Shown here piece by piece: positions 22,701-40,160 of a stretch of DNA of 64,000 nt (the first letter of the stretch is position 1; every line of letters begins with the position of its first letter). The translations under genes and the position numbers were made by a program. The notes below the pieces were generated by a model. That model was not told the DNA's origin. It worked only from the letters and a program-made list of their open reading frames with translations, and did not search any database. The stretch lies in the NCBI RefSeq assembly GCF_009914755.1, contig NC_060927.1, one strand, 5' to 3'. Source of the stretch: the human T2T-CHM13v2.0 reference genome, Homo sapiens.

Positions 22701-23470
22701 TGTTTTTGATTTTTTTTTACAGCATGCAAATCTTTTAAGTTTAGCAAATCTTAATTTTAAGGGAACTATGAATAGTGATTGGTTCTGTTTACATAGTTGG
22801 TTAATTAAGCTTTATTCTTATATATTCTTCCCATCTGTTAGGTCACACAATTCTTGAGCGTTAAAACAATGTTCTGTTGAATTCTAGGTCTCCCAGCTGT
22901 ATTTGACTATTTGGTTACAATTCCAAATTGTTATTCTGACTGCTAAGTGATTTACTTTCAAAGTATTGCTCCAGTAATGTTAAAGGTGTAATTTCTACCA
23001 CTTCTTCTTCAATTAAAGGACATTTTAATGGCTTTTTTTCTTTATCAATTGGGATAAAAGCCTCAAACAAAAAACATCAGAAATGAATCACATAAAAGAG
23101 TAATCTTAGTTTTTATTTCAGCATCCATATGAAATGCTTAGTTACCTTATTTTATCCCCGCTTTTTTTTTTTTTTTTTTAGAACTTGAAAAACTCTTTTT
23201 TTCCTTCAACTTTAATTTTAACTTCCAGGGTACATGTCCATCACGTGCAGGTTTGTTATACAGGTAAACGTGTGCCATGGTGGTTTGCTGCACAGATCAC
23301 CCATCACCTAGGTATTAAGCCCAGCATTCATTAGCTGTTCTTCTTCGTCTTTTTTTTTTAAGGAAATTATATTTATTCAGGAATGAGCATTGCAATGGCA
23401 GTACATAGGCCGTCATAAACTGTGTACCCATGTGCATGCTTAGGGAGGTAAGGGGATACAAAGATTTCTT

Positions 23471-26400
23471 TTTAAAATTTTTTTATTATACTTTAAGTTC
23501 TGGGATACATGTGCAGAATGTGCAGGTTTGCTACATAGGTATACATGTGCCATGGTGGTTTGCTGCACCCATCAACCCGTCATCAACATTAGGTATTTCT
23601 CCTAATGCTATCCCTCCCCTAGCTCCCCAACCCCCAACAGGCCCCAGTGTGTGATGCTTCCCTCTTCATGTCCATGTGTTCTCACTGTTTAACTCCCACT
23701 TATGAGTGAGAACATGTGGTGTTTGGTCTTCTGTTCCTGTGTTAGTTTGCTGAGAATTATGGTTTCCAGCTTCATCTATGTTGCTGCAAAGGACATGAAC
23801 TCATCCCTTTTTTATGGCTGCATAGTATTCCGTGGTGTGTATGTGCCACATTTTCTTTATCAAGTCTATCATTGAAGGGCATTTGGGTTGGTTGGTTCCA
23901 AGTTTTTGCTATTCTGAACAGTGCTGCAATAAACATACGCATGCATGTGTCTCTATAGTAGAATGATTTATAATCCTTTGTGTATATACCCAGTAATGGG
24001 ATTGCTGGGTCAATTTGTATTTCTGGTTCTAGATCCTTGAGGAATCGCCACACTGTCTTCCACAATGGTTGAACTAATTTACACTCCCACGAACAGTGTA
24101 AAAGTGTTCCTATTTCTCCACATCCTCTCCAGCTAATGATTGCCATTCTAACTGGCGTGAGACGGTATTTCATTGTGGTTTTGATTTGTATTTCTCTAAT
24201 GATCAGTGATGATGAGCTTTTTCTCATATGTTTATTGGCCACATAAATGTCTTCTTTTGAGAAGTGTCTGTTCATCTCCTTTGCCCACTTTTTGATGGAG
24301 TTGTTTTTTTCTTATAAATTTGTTTAATCTTTGTAGATTCAGGATATTGTCAGATGGAGAGATTGCAAACATTTTCTCCCATTCTGTAGGTTGCCTGTTC
24401 ACTCTGATGATAGTTTCTTTTGCTCTGCAGAAGCTTTTTAGTTTAATTAGACACCATTTGTCATTTTTGGCTTTTGTTGCCATTGCTTTTGGTGTTTTAG
24501 TCATGAAATCTTTGCCCATGCCTCTGCCCTGAATGGTATTGCCTAGGTTTTTTTCTAGGGTTTTTATGGTTTTAGGTCTTACGTTTAAGTCTTTAATCCA
24601 TCTTGAGTTAATATTTGTATAAGATTCTGTAAGGAAGGGGTCCAGTTTCAGTTTTCTGCATATGGCTAGCCAGTTTTACCAACACCATTTATTAAGTAGG
24701 CAATCATTTCCCCATTGCTTGTTTTTGTCAGGTTTGTCAAAGATCAGATGGTTGTAGACATGTAGTGTTATTTCTGAGGCCTCTGTTCTGTTCCATTGGT
24801 CTGTATATCTGTTTTGTACTAGTACCTTGTGTTTTGGTTGATGTAGCCTTGTAGTATAGTTTGAAGTCAGGTAGTGTGATGCCTCCAGCTTTCTTTTTGC
24901 TTAGGATTGTTTTGGCTATACGGGCTCTTTTGTGGTTCCATAGGAAATTTAAAGTAGTTTTTTTCTAAACTGTGAAGAAAGTTAGTGGTAGCTTGATGGG
25001 GATGACACTGACTCTATAAATTACTTTGGGCAGTATGGCCATTTTCATGATACTGATTCTTCCTATCCATGAGCATGGAATATTTTTCCATTTGTTTGTG
25101 TCCTCTCTGATTTCCTTGAGCAGTTGTTTGTAGTTCCACTTGAAGAGGTCCTTCACATCCCTTGTAAGTTGTATTCCTAGGTATTTTATTCTCTTTGTAG
25201 CAATTTTGAATGGGAGTTCACTCATGATTTGGCTATTTGTCTATTATTGGTGTATAAGAATGCTTGTGATTTTTGCACATTGATTATGTATCCTGAGAGT
25301 TTGCTGAAGTTGCTTATCAGCCTAAGGAGATTTTGGGCTGACACGATGGGGTTTTCTAAATATACAATCATGTCATCTGCAAACAGAGACAATTTGATTT
25401 TCTCTCTTCCTATTTGAATACCCTTTATTTCTTTCTCTTGCCTGATTGCCCTTGCCAGAACTTCCAACACTATGTTAAATAGGCATGGTGAGAGAGGGCA
25501 TCCTTGTCTTGTGCCAGTTTTCAAAAGGAATGCTTCCAGCTTTTGCCCATTGAGTATGACATTGGCTGTGGGTTCATAAATAGCTCTTATTATTTTGAGA
25601 TACGTTCAATCGGTATAGTTTATTGAGTGTTTTTAGCCTAAAGGGGTGTAGAATTTTATTGGAGACCTTTTCTGCATCTATTGAGATAATCATGTGGTTT
25701 TTATCATTGGTTCTGTTTATGTGATGGATTATGTTTATTGATTTGTGTATGTTGAACCAGGCTTGCATCCCAGGGATGAAGCCGACTTGATCATGGTGGA
25801 TAAGCTTTTTGACGTGCTGCTGGATTCGTTTTGCCAGTATTTTACTGAGGATTTTCACATCGATGTTCATCAGGTATATTGGCCTAAAATTTTCTCTTTT
25901 TGTTGTGTCTCTGCCAGGTTTTGGTATCAGGATGATGCTGGCCTCAGAAAATGAGTTAGGGAGGAGTCACTCTTTTTCAGTTTTTTGGAATAGTTTGTAG
26001 AAGGAATGGTACCAGCTCCTCTTTGTACCCCTGATAGAATTTGGCTGTGAATCTTTCTGGTCCTGGGCTTTTATTGGTTGGTAGGCTATTAATTACTGTC
26101 TCCATTTCAGAACTTGTTATTGGCCTCTTCAGGGATTCGACTTCTTCCTGGTTTAGTCTTGGGAGGGTGTATGTGTCCAGAAATTTATCCATTTCTTCTA
26201 GATTTTCTAGTTTATTTGCATAGAGGTGTTCATAGTATTCTCTGATGGTAGTTTGTATTTCTGTGGGATCAGTGGGGATATCCCCTTTATCACACTTTAT
26301 TGGGTCTATTGGATTCTTCTCTCTTTTCTTCTTTATTGGTCTGGCTAGCGGTCTACCTATTTTGTTAATCTTTTCAAAAAACCAGTTCCTGGATTTATTG

Positions 26401-29400
26401 ATTTTTTGAAGGGTTTTTTGTGTCTCTATTTCCTTCAGTTCTGCTCTGATCTTAGTTATTTCTTGTCTTCTGCTAGCTTTTGAATTTGTTTGCTCTTGCT
26501 TCTGCAGTTCTTTTAATTTTGATGTTAGGGTGTCAATTTTAGATCTTTCCTGCTTTCTCTATTGGGCATTTAGTGCTATAAATTTCCCCCTACACACTGC
26601 TTTAAATGTGTCCCAGAGATTCTGGTATGTTGTGTCTTCGTTCTTTTTGGTTTCAAAGAACATCTTTATTTCTGCCTTCATTTTGTTACTTACCTAGTAG
26701 TCATTCAGGAGCAGGTTGTTCAGTTTCCATGTAGTTGTGCAGTTTTGATTATGAGTTTCTCAATCCTGAGTTCCAATTTGATTGCACTGTGGTCTGAGAG
26801 ACTGTTATGATTTCCGTTCTTTTGCATTTGCTGAGGAGTGTTTTACTTCCAATTATGTGATCGATTTCAGAATAAGTGCGATGTAGTGCTGAGAGGAATG
26901 TATATTCTGTTGATTTGGGATGAAGAGTTCTGTAGATGTCTGTTAGGTCCTCTTGGTCCAGAGCTGAGTTGAAGTCCTGAATATCCTTGTTAATTTTCTG
27001 TCTCGTTGATCTGTCTAATATTGGCAGTGGGGTGTTAAAATTTCCCACTATTATTGTGTGGGAGTCTAAGTCTCTTTGTAGGTCTCTAAGAACTTGCTTT
27101 ATGAATCTGGGTGCTCCTGTATTGGGTGCATATATATTTAGGATAGTTAGCTCTTCTTGTTGTATTGATCACTTTACCATTATGTAATGCCCTTCTTTGT
27201 CTTTTTTGATCTTTCTTGGTTTAAAGTCTTTTTTATCAGAGACTAGGACTGCAACCTCTGTTTTTTTCACTTTCCATTTGCTTGGTAAATATTCCTCCAT
27301 CCCTTTGTTTTGAGCCTATGTGTGTCTTTGCACCTGAGATGGGTCTCCTAAATACAGCACAGTGATGGGTCTTGACTCTTTGTCCAGTTTGCCAGTCTGT
27401 GTCTTTTAATTGGGGCATTTAGCCCATTGACATTTAAAGTGAATATTGTTATGTGTGAATTTGATCCTGTCATTATGATGCTAGCTGGTTATTTTGCCCG
27501 TTACTTGATGCAGTTTCTTCATAGTGTTGATGGTCTTTACAATTTGGTATGTTCTTGCAGTGGGTGGTACCAGTTTTTCCTTTCCATATTTAGTGCTTCC
27601 TTCAGGAGCTCTTGTAAGGCAGGCCTGGTGGTGACAAAATCTCTCAGTAGTTGCTTGTCTGTAAAGGATTTTATTTCTCTTTCACTTGTGAAGCTTAGTT
27701 TGGCTGGATGTGAAAATCTGGGTTGAAAATTCTTTTCTTTAAGCATGTTGAATATTGCTCCTCTACCCCCCACTTTCTTCTGGCTTGTAGGGTTTCTGCT
27801 GTTAGTCTGATAGGCTTCCCTTTGTGGGTAACCCGACCTTTCTCTCTGGCTGCTCTTAACATTTTTTCCTTCATTTCAACCTTGGTAAATCTGATAATTA
27901 TGTGTCTTGGGGTTACTCTTCTTGAGGAGTATCTTTGTGGCGGTCTCTGTATTTCCTGAATTTGAATGTTGGCCTGTCTTGCTAGGTTGGGGAAAAGTTC
28001 TCCTGGATAATATCCTGAAGAGTGTTTTACAACTTGGTTCCATTCTCACCGTCACTTTCAGGTACACCAATCAAATGTAGATTTGGTCTTTTCACATAGT
28101 CCCATATTTCTTGGAGGCTTTTTTTGTTTCTTTTCATTCTTTATTCTCTTATCTTGTCTTCTCGCTTTATTTCATTAAGTTGATCTTCAATCTCTGATAT
28201 CCTTGCTTCCACTTGATCGGTTCGGCTATTGATACTTGTGTATGCTTCACGAAGTTCTTGTGCTGTGTTTTTTAGTTCCATGAGGTCATTTATATTCTTC
28301 TTTAAACCAGTTATGCTGGTTAGCAATTCTTCTAACCTTTTTTCAAGGTTCTTAGCTTCGTTGCATTGGGTTAGAACATGCTCCTTTAGCTTGGAGGAGT
28401 TTGTTATTACCCACCTTCTAAAGCCTACTTCTGTCAATTTGTCAAACTCATTCTCCATCCAGTTTTGTTCCCTTGGCGAGGAGTTGTGATCCTTTGGAGG
28501 AGAAGAGGCATTCTGATTTTTGGAATTTTCAGCCTTTTTATGCTGGTTTTTCCTCATCTTCGTGGATTTATCTACCTTTGGTCTTTGATGTTGGTGACCT
28601 TCAGATGGGGTTTCTGTATGGACCTCCTTTTTGTTAATGTTGATCTTATTCCTTTCTGTTTGTTAGTTTTCCTTCCAATGGTCAGGCTCCTCTGCTGCAG
28701 GTCTGCTGGAGTTTGCAGGAGGTCCACTTCAGACCCTGCCCCTGTTTGCCTGGGTATCACCAGCGGAGGCTGCAGAACAGCAAAGATTGCTGCCCTCTGG
28801 AAGCTTTGTCCCAGAGGGGCACCCACCAGATGCCAGCCAGAGCTCTCCTGTATGAGGTGTCTGTCGCTCCCTGTTGGGAGGTGTCTCCTAGTCAGGAGGC
28901 ACGGGGGTCAGGGACCCACCTGAGGAAGCAGTCTATCCCTTAGCAGAGCTTGAGCAATGTGCTGGGAGATTCGCTCCTCTCTTCAGAACAGACAGGCTGG
29001 AACATTTAAGTCTGCTGATGCAGTGCCTGCTGCCGCCCCTTCCCCTAGGTGCTCTGTCCCAGGGAGATGGGAGTTTGATGTATAAGCCCCTGAATGGGGC
29101 TGCTGCCTTTCTTTTAGAGATGCCCTGCCCAGAGAGGAGGAATCCTGTGAGGCAGTCTGGCTACAGTGGCTTTGCTGAACTACAGTGGGCTCCACCCAGT
29201 TTGACCTTCCTGATGGCTTTGTTTACACTGTGAGGGGAAAACTGCCTACTCAAGCCTTAGTAATGGCAGACACCCCTCCCCCCACCAAGCTCGAGTGTCC
29301 CAGGTCAACTTCAGACTGGTGTGCTGGCAGCAAGAATTTCAAGACAGTGGATCTTAGCTTGCTTGGCTCCATGGGAATGAGATCCACTGAGCTAGACCAC

Positions 29401-29887
29401 TTGGCTCTCTGGCTTCACCCCCCTTTCTAGGGTAGTGAATGGTTCTGCTTGCTGGCGTTCCAGGCACCACCGGAGTGTGAAAAAATATGCTGCAGTTAGC
29501 TCAGTGTCTGCCCAAATGGTCACCTAGTTTTGTGCTTGAAACCCAGGTCCCTGGTGGTGTAGGCACCCGAGGGAATCTCCTGGTGTGTGGATTGTGAGGA
29601 CCATGGGAAAAGCATAGTAACTGGGCTGGAGTGCACTGTTCCTCAAGGCACAGTCCCTCATGGCTACCCTTGGCTAGGGGAGGGAATTCCCTGACCCTCT
29701 TGCTCTTGCTGGGTGAGGCGACACCCTACCCTGCTTCAGCTCTCCCTCTGTGGGTTGCACCCACTGTCTAACCAGTCCCAATGAGATGAACCGTGTACCT
29801 CACTTGGAAATGTTGAAATCACCCACCTTATGCATTGATGTCGCTGGGAGCTGCAGACCGGAGCTGTTCCTATTCGGCCATCTTGCC
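23471..29887 (-). mobile_element. L1 'C': full-length L1PA7/8-like element, disrupted
   Basis: 5' end caagatggccgaatagg at about 29885, long 5'UTR, ORF1 MRKNQHKKAENSK, ORF2 and 3'UTR. TSD agctgttcttctt (23333-23345) / agctattcttctt (29903-29915). Confidence 0.93.
25553..26230. repeat. Right arm of 678-bp perfect inverted repeat (partner 15184-15861)
   Basis: Reverse complement of 15184-15861, compared by eye. Confidence 0.93.
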
Positions 29888-31708
29888 ATAAAGAAAGAAA
29901 GCAGCTATTCTTCTTGATTCTCTCTCTCCCACCACCCACCTGACAGGCCCCAGTATGTGTTGTTGGCTCCTTGAATGTCTCCTTTTGGGAAATGTCTGTT
30001 CATGTCATTTGCCCGCTTTTTAGTGTGGTTGTTTGTTTTTTTCTTGTAAATTTGTTTAAGTTCCTTGTAGATTCTGTCTCCCATTCTGTAGGCTGTCTGT
30101 TCACTCTGATGATGTTTCTTTTGCTGTGCTGAAGCTCTTTAGTTTAATTAGATCCCATCTGTCAGTTTTTGCTTTTGTCGCAATTGCTTTTGGCATTTTT
30201 GTCATGAAATCTTTGCCTGTGCCTATGTCCTGAATAATATTGCCTAGGTTTTCTTCTAGGGTTTTTATAGTGTTGGGTTTTGCATTTAAGTCTTTAATCC
30301 ATCTTGAGTTAATTTTTATGTAAGATGTAAGGGTCCAGTTTCAATTTTCTGCATATGGCTAGCCGGTTCTCCCAGCACCATTTATTAAATAGGGAATCCT
30401 TTCCCCGTTGCTTGTTTTTGTCAGGTTTGTCAAAGATCAGATGGCTGTAGAAGTTCAGTCTTATTTTTGAGTTCTCTGTTCTGTTCCATTGGTCTGTGTG
30501 TCTGTTTTTGTACCAGTACCATGCTGTTTTGGTTACTTGAGCCTTGTAGTATAATTTGAAGTTGGATAGTGATGCCTGCAGCCTTGTTCTTTTTCCTTAG
30601 GATTCTCTTGGCTATTTGGGCTCTTTTTGTTTCATAGGAATTTTAAAATAGCTTCTTCTAATTCTGTGAAGAATGTCAATGATAGGTTTATGGGAATAGA
30701 ACTGAATCTATAAATTACTTTGGGCAGTATGGCCATTTTCACAATATTGATTCTTCCTATCCATGAGCGTGGCATATTGTTCCATTTGTGTTCTCTCTGA
30801 TTTCCTTAAGCAGCGGTTTGTAGTTCTCCCTGAAGAGGTCCTACACCTGTCTGGTTAGTGATATTTCTAGATATTTTATTCTCTTTGTAGCAGTTGTGAA
30901 TGAGAGTTCATTCATGATTTGGCCCTTTGCTTGCCTGTTGTTGGTGTATAGGAATGCTAGTGATTTTTGCACTATTGACTTTATCCTGAGACTTTGCCGA
31001 TGTGGCCTATCAGCTTAAGAAGCTTTTGGGTTGAGATGATGGGATTTTCTAGATATGGGATCACGTTATCTGCAAACAAAGTTAATTTGACTTCCTCTCT
31101 TCCTGTTTGAATACTTTATTTCTCTTGCCTGACTGCCCTGACCAGAACTTCCAATGCTGTGTTGAATAGGAGTGGTGAGAGAGGGAATCCTCTTCTTGTC
31201 CTAGTTTTCACAGGTAATGCTTCCAGCTTTTGCCTTTTCAATATGATATTGGTTATGGGTTTGTCCTATGTGGCTCTTATTATTTTGAGTTATAGTCCTT
31301 CAATACCTAGTTTATTGAGAGTTTTTAACATGAAGGGATGTTGAATTTTATTGAAGGCCTTTTCTGCATCTGTTGAGATAATCATGTTGTTTTTGTCTTT
31401 AGTTCTGTTTATGTGCTTAATTACATTTATTGATTTGCATATGTTTAACCAGCCTTGCATCCCAAGGATGAAGCTGACTTGATCATAGTGGATAAGCTTT
31501 TGATGATCTGCTGGATTCAATTTGCCAGTATTTTGTTGAGGATTTTTGCATCAATGTTCATCAGGTATATTGGCCTCAAGTTTTCTGTTTTTGTTGTATC
31601 TCTGCCAGATTTTGGTATCAAAATATTGCTGGCCTCATAGAATGAATTAGATAGAAGTCCCTCCTTTTAATTGGTTTGAAGTAGTTTTAGTAGAAATGGT
31701 ACCAGCTC

Positions 31709-35768
<4,060 letters not shown>

Positions 35769-38429
35769 ACCAGCTCTTTTTTGTGCCTCTGGTAGAATTG
35801 AGCTGTATATCCTTCTGGTTTGGATGGTAGGCTATTTATTACTGCCTCAATTTCAGAGCTTGTTGTTGGTCTATTCAGAGATTCAGTTTGTTCCTTGTTC
35901 AGTCTTGGGAGGGCATATGCATCCAGTCATTTATTCATTTCTTCTAGATTTTCTAGTTTATGGGCATAGAGATGTTCATAGTATTCTCTATTGGTGGTTA
36001 GTATTTCTGTGCGATCAGCAGTGATATCCCTATTATCATTAATAATTGTGTCTATTTGATTCTCATTTTTATTATGTGTGTAGCTAGCGGTCTATTTTAT
36101 TAATTTTTTCAAAAAACCATCTTCCAGATTCATTGATTTTTTTTTTTTTTGAAGGGCTTTTTTTTTTTTCATCTCAATTTATTTCACGTCTGCTCTGATC
36201 CTGGTTATTTCTTGCTTTCTACTAGCTTTGTGGTTTCTTTGCTCTTGATTCTACAGTTCTTTTAGTTGTGATGTTAGGCTGCTCATTTGAGATCTTTCTG
36301 GCTTTTTGATGTGGACATTTAGTGTTATAAACTTGTGTCTTAACCCTGCTTTAGCAGCATCCCAGAGATTCTGTTACATTGTCTCTTTGTTCTCATTATT
36401 TTCAAAGAACTTCTTGATTTCTGCCTCAATTATTCACCCAGTAGTCAATTCAGGAACAGGTTGTTCAGTTTCCTTGTAGTTGTGAGGGTTGGAGTGAGTG
36501 TCTTAACATTGAGTTCTAATTTGATTGTGCTGTCATCTGAGAGACTGTCTTGATTTTAGTTCTTTTGCATTTGCTGAGGTGTGTTTTACTTCTGATTATG
36601 TGATCTATTTTAGAGTAAGTGCCATGTGGCAATCAGAAGAATGTATATCCTGTTGGTATTGGTTGGAGAGTTCTGTAGATATCGATCAGGTTCGCTTGAT
36701 CCAGACCTTAGTTCAGGTCCTTAATATCTTTGTTAATTTTCTGTCTCGATGATCTAATATTGTCAGTGAGGTTTTAAAGTCTCCCACTATTATTTTGTGG
36801 GAGTCTAAGTCTCTTTGTAGGTCTCTAAGAGCTTGCTTTATGAATCTGGGTGCTGCTCTATTGGGTGCATATGTATTTAGGTTATTTAGCTCTTCCTATT
36901 GAATTGAACCTTTTATCATTATGTAATGCCCTTCTTTGTCTTTTTTGATATTTGATAATGTAAAGTCTGTTTTGTCAGAAAGTAGGATTGTGATCCCTGC
37001 TTTTTTTTTGTTTTCCATTTGCTTGGTAAATTTTCCTCCATCTCTTTATTTTGAGCCTATGTATGTCTTTGCACGTGAGATGGGTCTCCTGAAGACGGCA
37101 TACCAATGGTCTTAACTTTTTATCCATCTTGCCATTCTGTGTCTTTTAATTGGGGCATTTAGCCCATTAACATTTACGTTTAATACTGTTATGTGTGAAT
37201 TTGATCGTGTCATCATGGTGTTAGCTGGTTATTTTGCAGGCTTGTTCATGTGGTTGTTCATAGTGTCACTGTTCTTCTGTGTACTTCAGTGCGTTTTTGT
37301 AGTGGCTAGTAATGGTCTTTCCTTTCCATATGGAGTGCTTCCTTCAGGAGCTCTTGCAAGGCAGGCGTGCTGATGAATTCCCTCAGCATTTGCTTCTTTG
37401 AAAAGGATCTTATCTCTTCTTCGCTTATGAAGCTTAGTTTGGCCAGATGTGAAATTCTGGGTTGGAAATTTTTTTAAGAATGTTGAATATTGGCTTCCAA
37501 TCTCTTCTGGCTTGTAGGGTTTCCACTGAGGGGTCTGCTGTTATTCTGGTGGGCTTTCCTTTGTAGATGACCTGTCTTTTTTCTCTGGCTACCCTTAACG
37601 TTTTTTTTTTTTTTTTTTTTCATTTTGACCTTGGAGAATCTGATGATTATGTGTCTTGGGGTTGATCTTCTTGTGGAGTATCTTACTGAGGTTCTCTGGA
37701 TTTCTTGAATTTGAATGTTGGCCTGTCTTGCTTGGTTGGGGAAGATCTCCTGGATGATATCCTGAAGTATGTTTTCCAACCTAGTTCTGTTCTCTCCATC
37801 TCTTTCAGGTAACTCAATCAGTTGTAGGTTTGGTCTTTTTATGTAATCCCATATATCTCAGCGGTTTTGTTCATTCCTTTTCATTCTTTCTTCTCTATTC
37901 TTGTCTGCCTGTATTATTTCAGAAAGATCGTCTTCAAGCTTTGATATTCTTTTCTCTGCTTGGTCTGTTCTGCTATTGGTACTTGTGATTGCATTGTGAA
38001 TTTCCTGTGTTTTACTTTTAGCTTCATCAGGTCAGTTATGCTCCTTTCTAAAATGGCTATTCTCATTATCAGCTCTTATATTGTTTTTTCATGATTGTTA
38101 GCTTCTTTGCATTGGGTTAGGACATGCTCCTTTATCTCAGTGAAGTTCATTATTACCCACCTCCTGAAGCCTGCTCCTGTCATTTCAGCCATCTCAGCCT
38201 CAGACCAGTTCTGTGCTCTTGCTGGAGAGGTATTGCAGTCATTTGGAGAAGAAAAGGCACTCTGGCTTTTTGAGTTTCCAGCATCACCCCTCCTTACACT
38301 CTAGGCAGTGCAGCTCAGGGAGAGATCTTTTCCACTGGTGACACAATCATTCCTTTGGCTGCCCCATCTCATGTGTCACTGGGTCATGTGCACCCCAAGT
38401 CCAGCAGCTCTTAGCCCAGCACAGCCCCA

Positions 38430-40160
38430 GGACTTGTCCAATGACTGCAGTCCTTTTGGCCTAGACTGCATTTCAAATTTGTTCAGAACCCAGGGGCACT
38501 TTAGTGAACTGGTGGTGGGGCTAGCCACCACTCAGGTGCCTACTGCTGGGGTGTAAGATTACCCTCTGGCTGAAGGTGCTCTAAGAGCCCACTCCATGGG
38601 CATTGGCCAAATTCTGCCTTGTGTTATGTTCTGCTGTGATAAGGAATCACTGAGTTCCAATGCAAAGCCCCACAGTCACTTTGTTCTCCCTCCCCCAAGT
38701 ACACAGATTGTCTCTCCATGTGCTGATGGTGGATGGGGATTGGTGGTGTAGGCAATGTGAGTCAGTCTTTCTTATCTCTTCAATGCTTCTTTCCTTGATA
38801 TCATGTTAAAACCAGGTGCTCTGTCCACTCACCTCTAATTTTTAGTTCTTAAGAAGGTGCTTTCTTGCATGGATGGTTGTTCAATTTGGTGTTCCTGCAG
38901 AGGATGATTGCTGGAGGGTTCTATTTGGCCATCTTGCTATGCCTTCCCTCATTTGTCTGTTTTTTTTTGGATTGTCTTTTTGCTGTGGAATTGAGTTCAT
39001 TATATATGGTGGTTATTAATCCTTTGTCACATGAATAGTTCGCAAATATTTCCCCCTTTCTATAGGTTGTCTTTTCACTTTCTTGATTGCCTCTTTATCC
39101 GTGCAGAAGCTTTTTAGCTTGTTATCATCCCATTTGTCTGTTTTTGCTTTTGTTATTTTTCCTTTGAGGTCTCGCTCCAAAAATCTTTGCCCAGACAAAT
39201 GTGCTGAGAATTTTCCCTATGTTTTCTTCTAGTGATATCATAGTTTCAAGTCTTACATTTAAGTCTTTAATCCATTTCAAATTGACTTTTGTATGTGGTG
39301 AGAAATGGGGTTTAGTTTCATTGTTCTACACATGGATAGTTAGTATTCCTAGCACCATTGATTGAATATACTGTCCTTTCTCCAATGTATGTTTTTGCCA
39401 CATTTGACAAAAATGAGTTGACTTCATATGTGTGGATTTATTTTTGTTCTCTATTCTGTTTCATTGCTCTATGTATCTGTTTTTGATGCCAGTACCATGT
39501 TGTTTTGGTTACTGTGGCTTTTAGTATATTTTGAAGTCAGGTAGTGTGATGCCTCCAGCTTTGTTCTTTTTACTTAGGATTGCCTTAGCTACTTGGAAAA
39601 TTTTGTAGTACCATACAGATTTTAGGATTTTTCTATTTCTGTGAAGAACATAATTGTTTTTTGAGAGAGAGAGAGAGAGAGAAAGAAAGAGAGATTGCAT
39701 GGAATCTGCAGATTGCTTTTGGTAGTTTGGTCATTTTCACAATATTCTTCCTATTCATGAACATGGACTTTCTTTTCCTTTATTTGTGCCCTCTTCAGTT
39801 TCTTTTTATCAGTGTTTAATAGTTTTCCTTGTAGAGATCTTTCACTACCTTGTTTAATTTATTCTTAGGTATCTTATTATTATTTTTTATAGCTATTATA
39901 CATGGGCTTGCTTTTTGGTTTCTTTTTCTGCTAGTTTGTTGTTGGTCTCTTGAAGTGCTACTGATTTTGGCAGGTTGATGTTATATACTGCAACTTTACT
40001 GAATTTGCCTTTCAGTTATAATTAATTTTCTGGTAGAGTTTGTAGAGATATATATGATCATGTTGTTTTCAAACAGAAACAGTTTTACTTCCTCCGTTCC
40101 ACTTTAGATGCCCTTTATTACTTTCTCTTTCCTTGGGATGAATTCCACTTGATCATGAGG
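38430..40160 (-). mobile_element. Old L1 5'-end fragment (38430-38945) and L1MA ORF2 fragment (38950-40160), including (GA)n at about 39663-39694
   Basis: ggccatcttgct 5' motif at about 38930 and decayed [17 protein letters not shown]. Confidence 0.7.

Noticed and set aside
29263-29430. ORF0-like frame in L1 C as a second DOCK3 fusion candidate
   Set aside because: It stops after 55 codons, well before the tgg|gtgagg donor at about 29713, so no in-frame fusion results.
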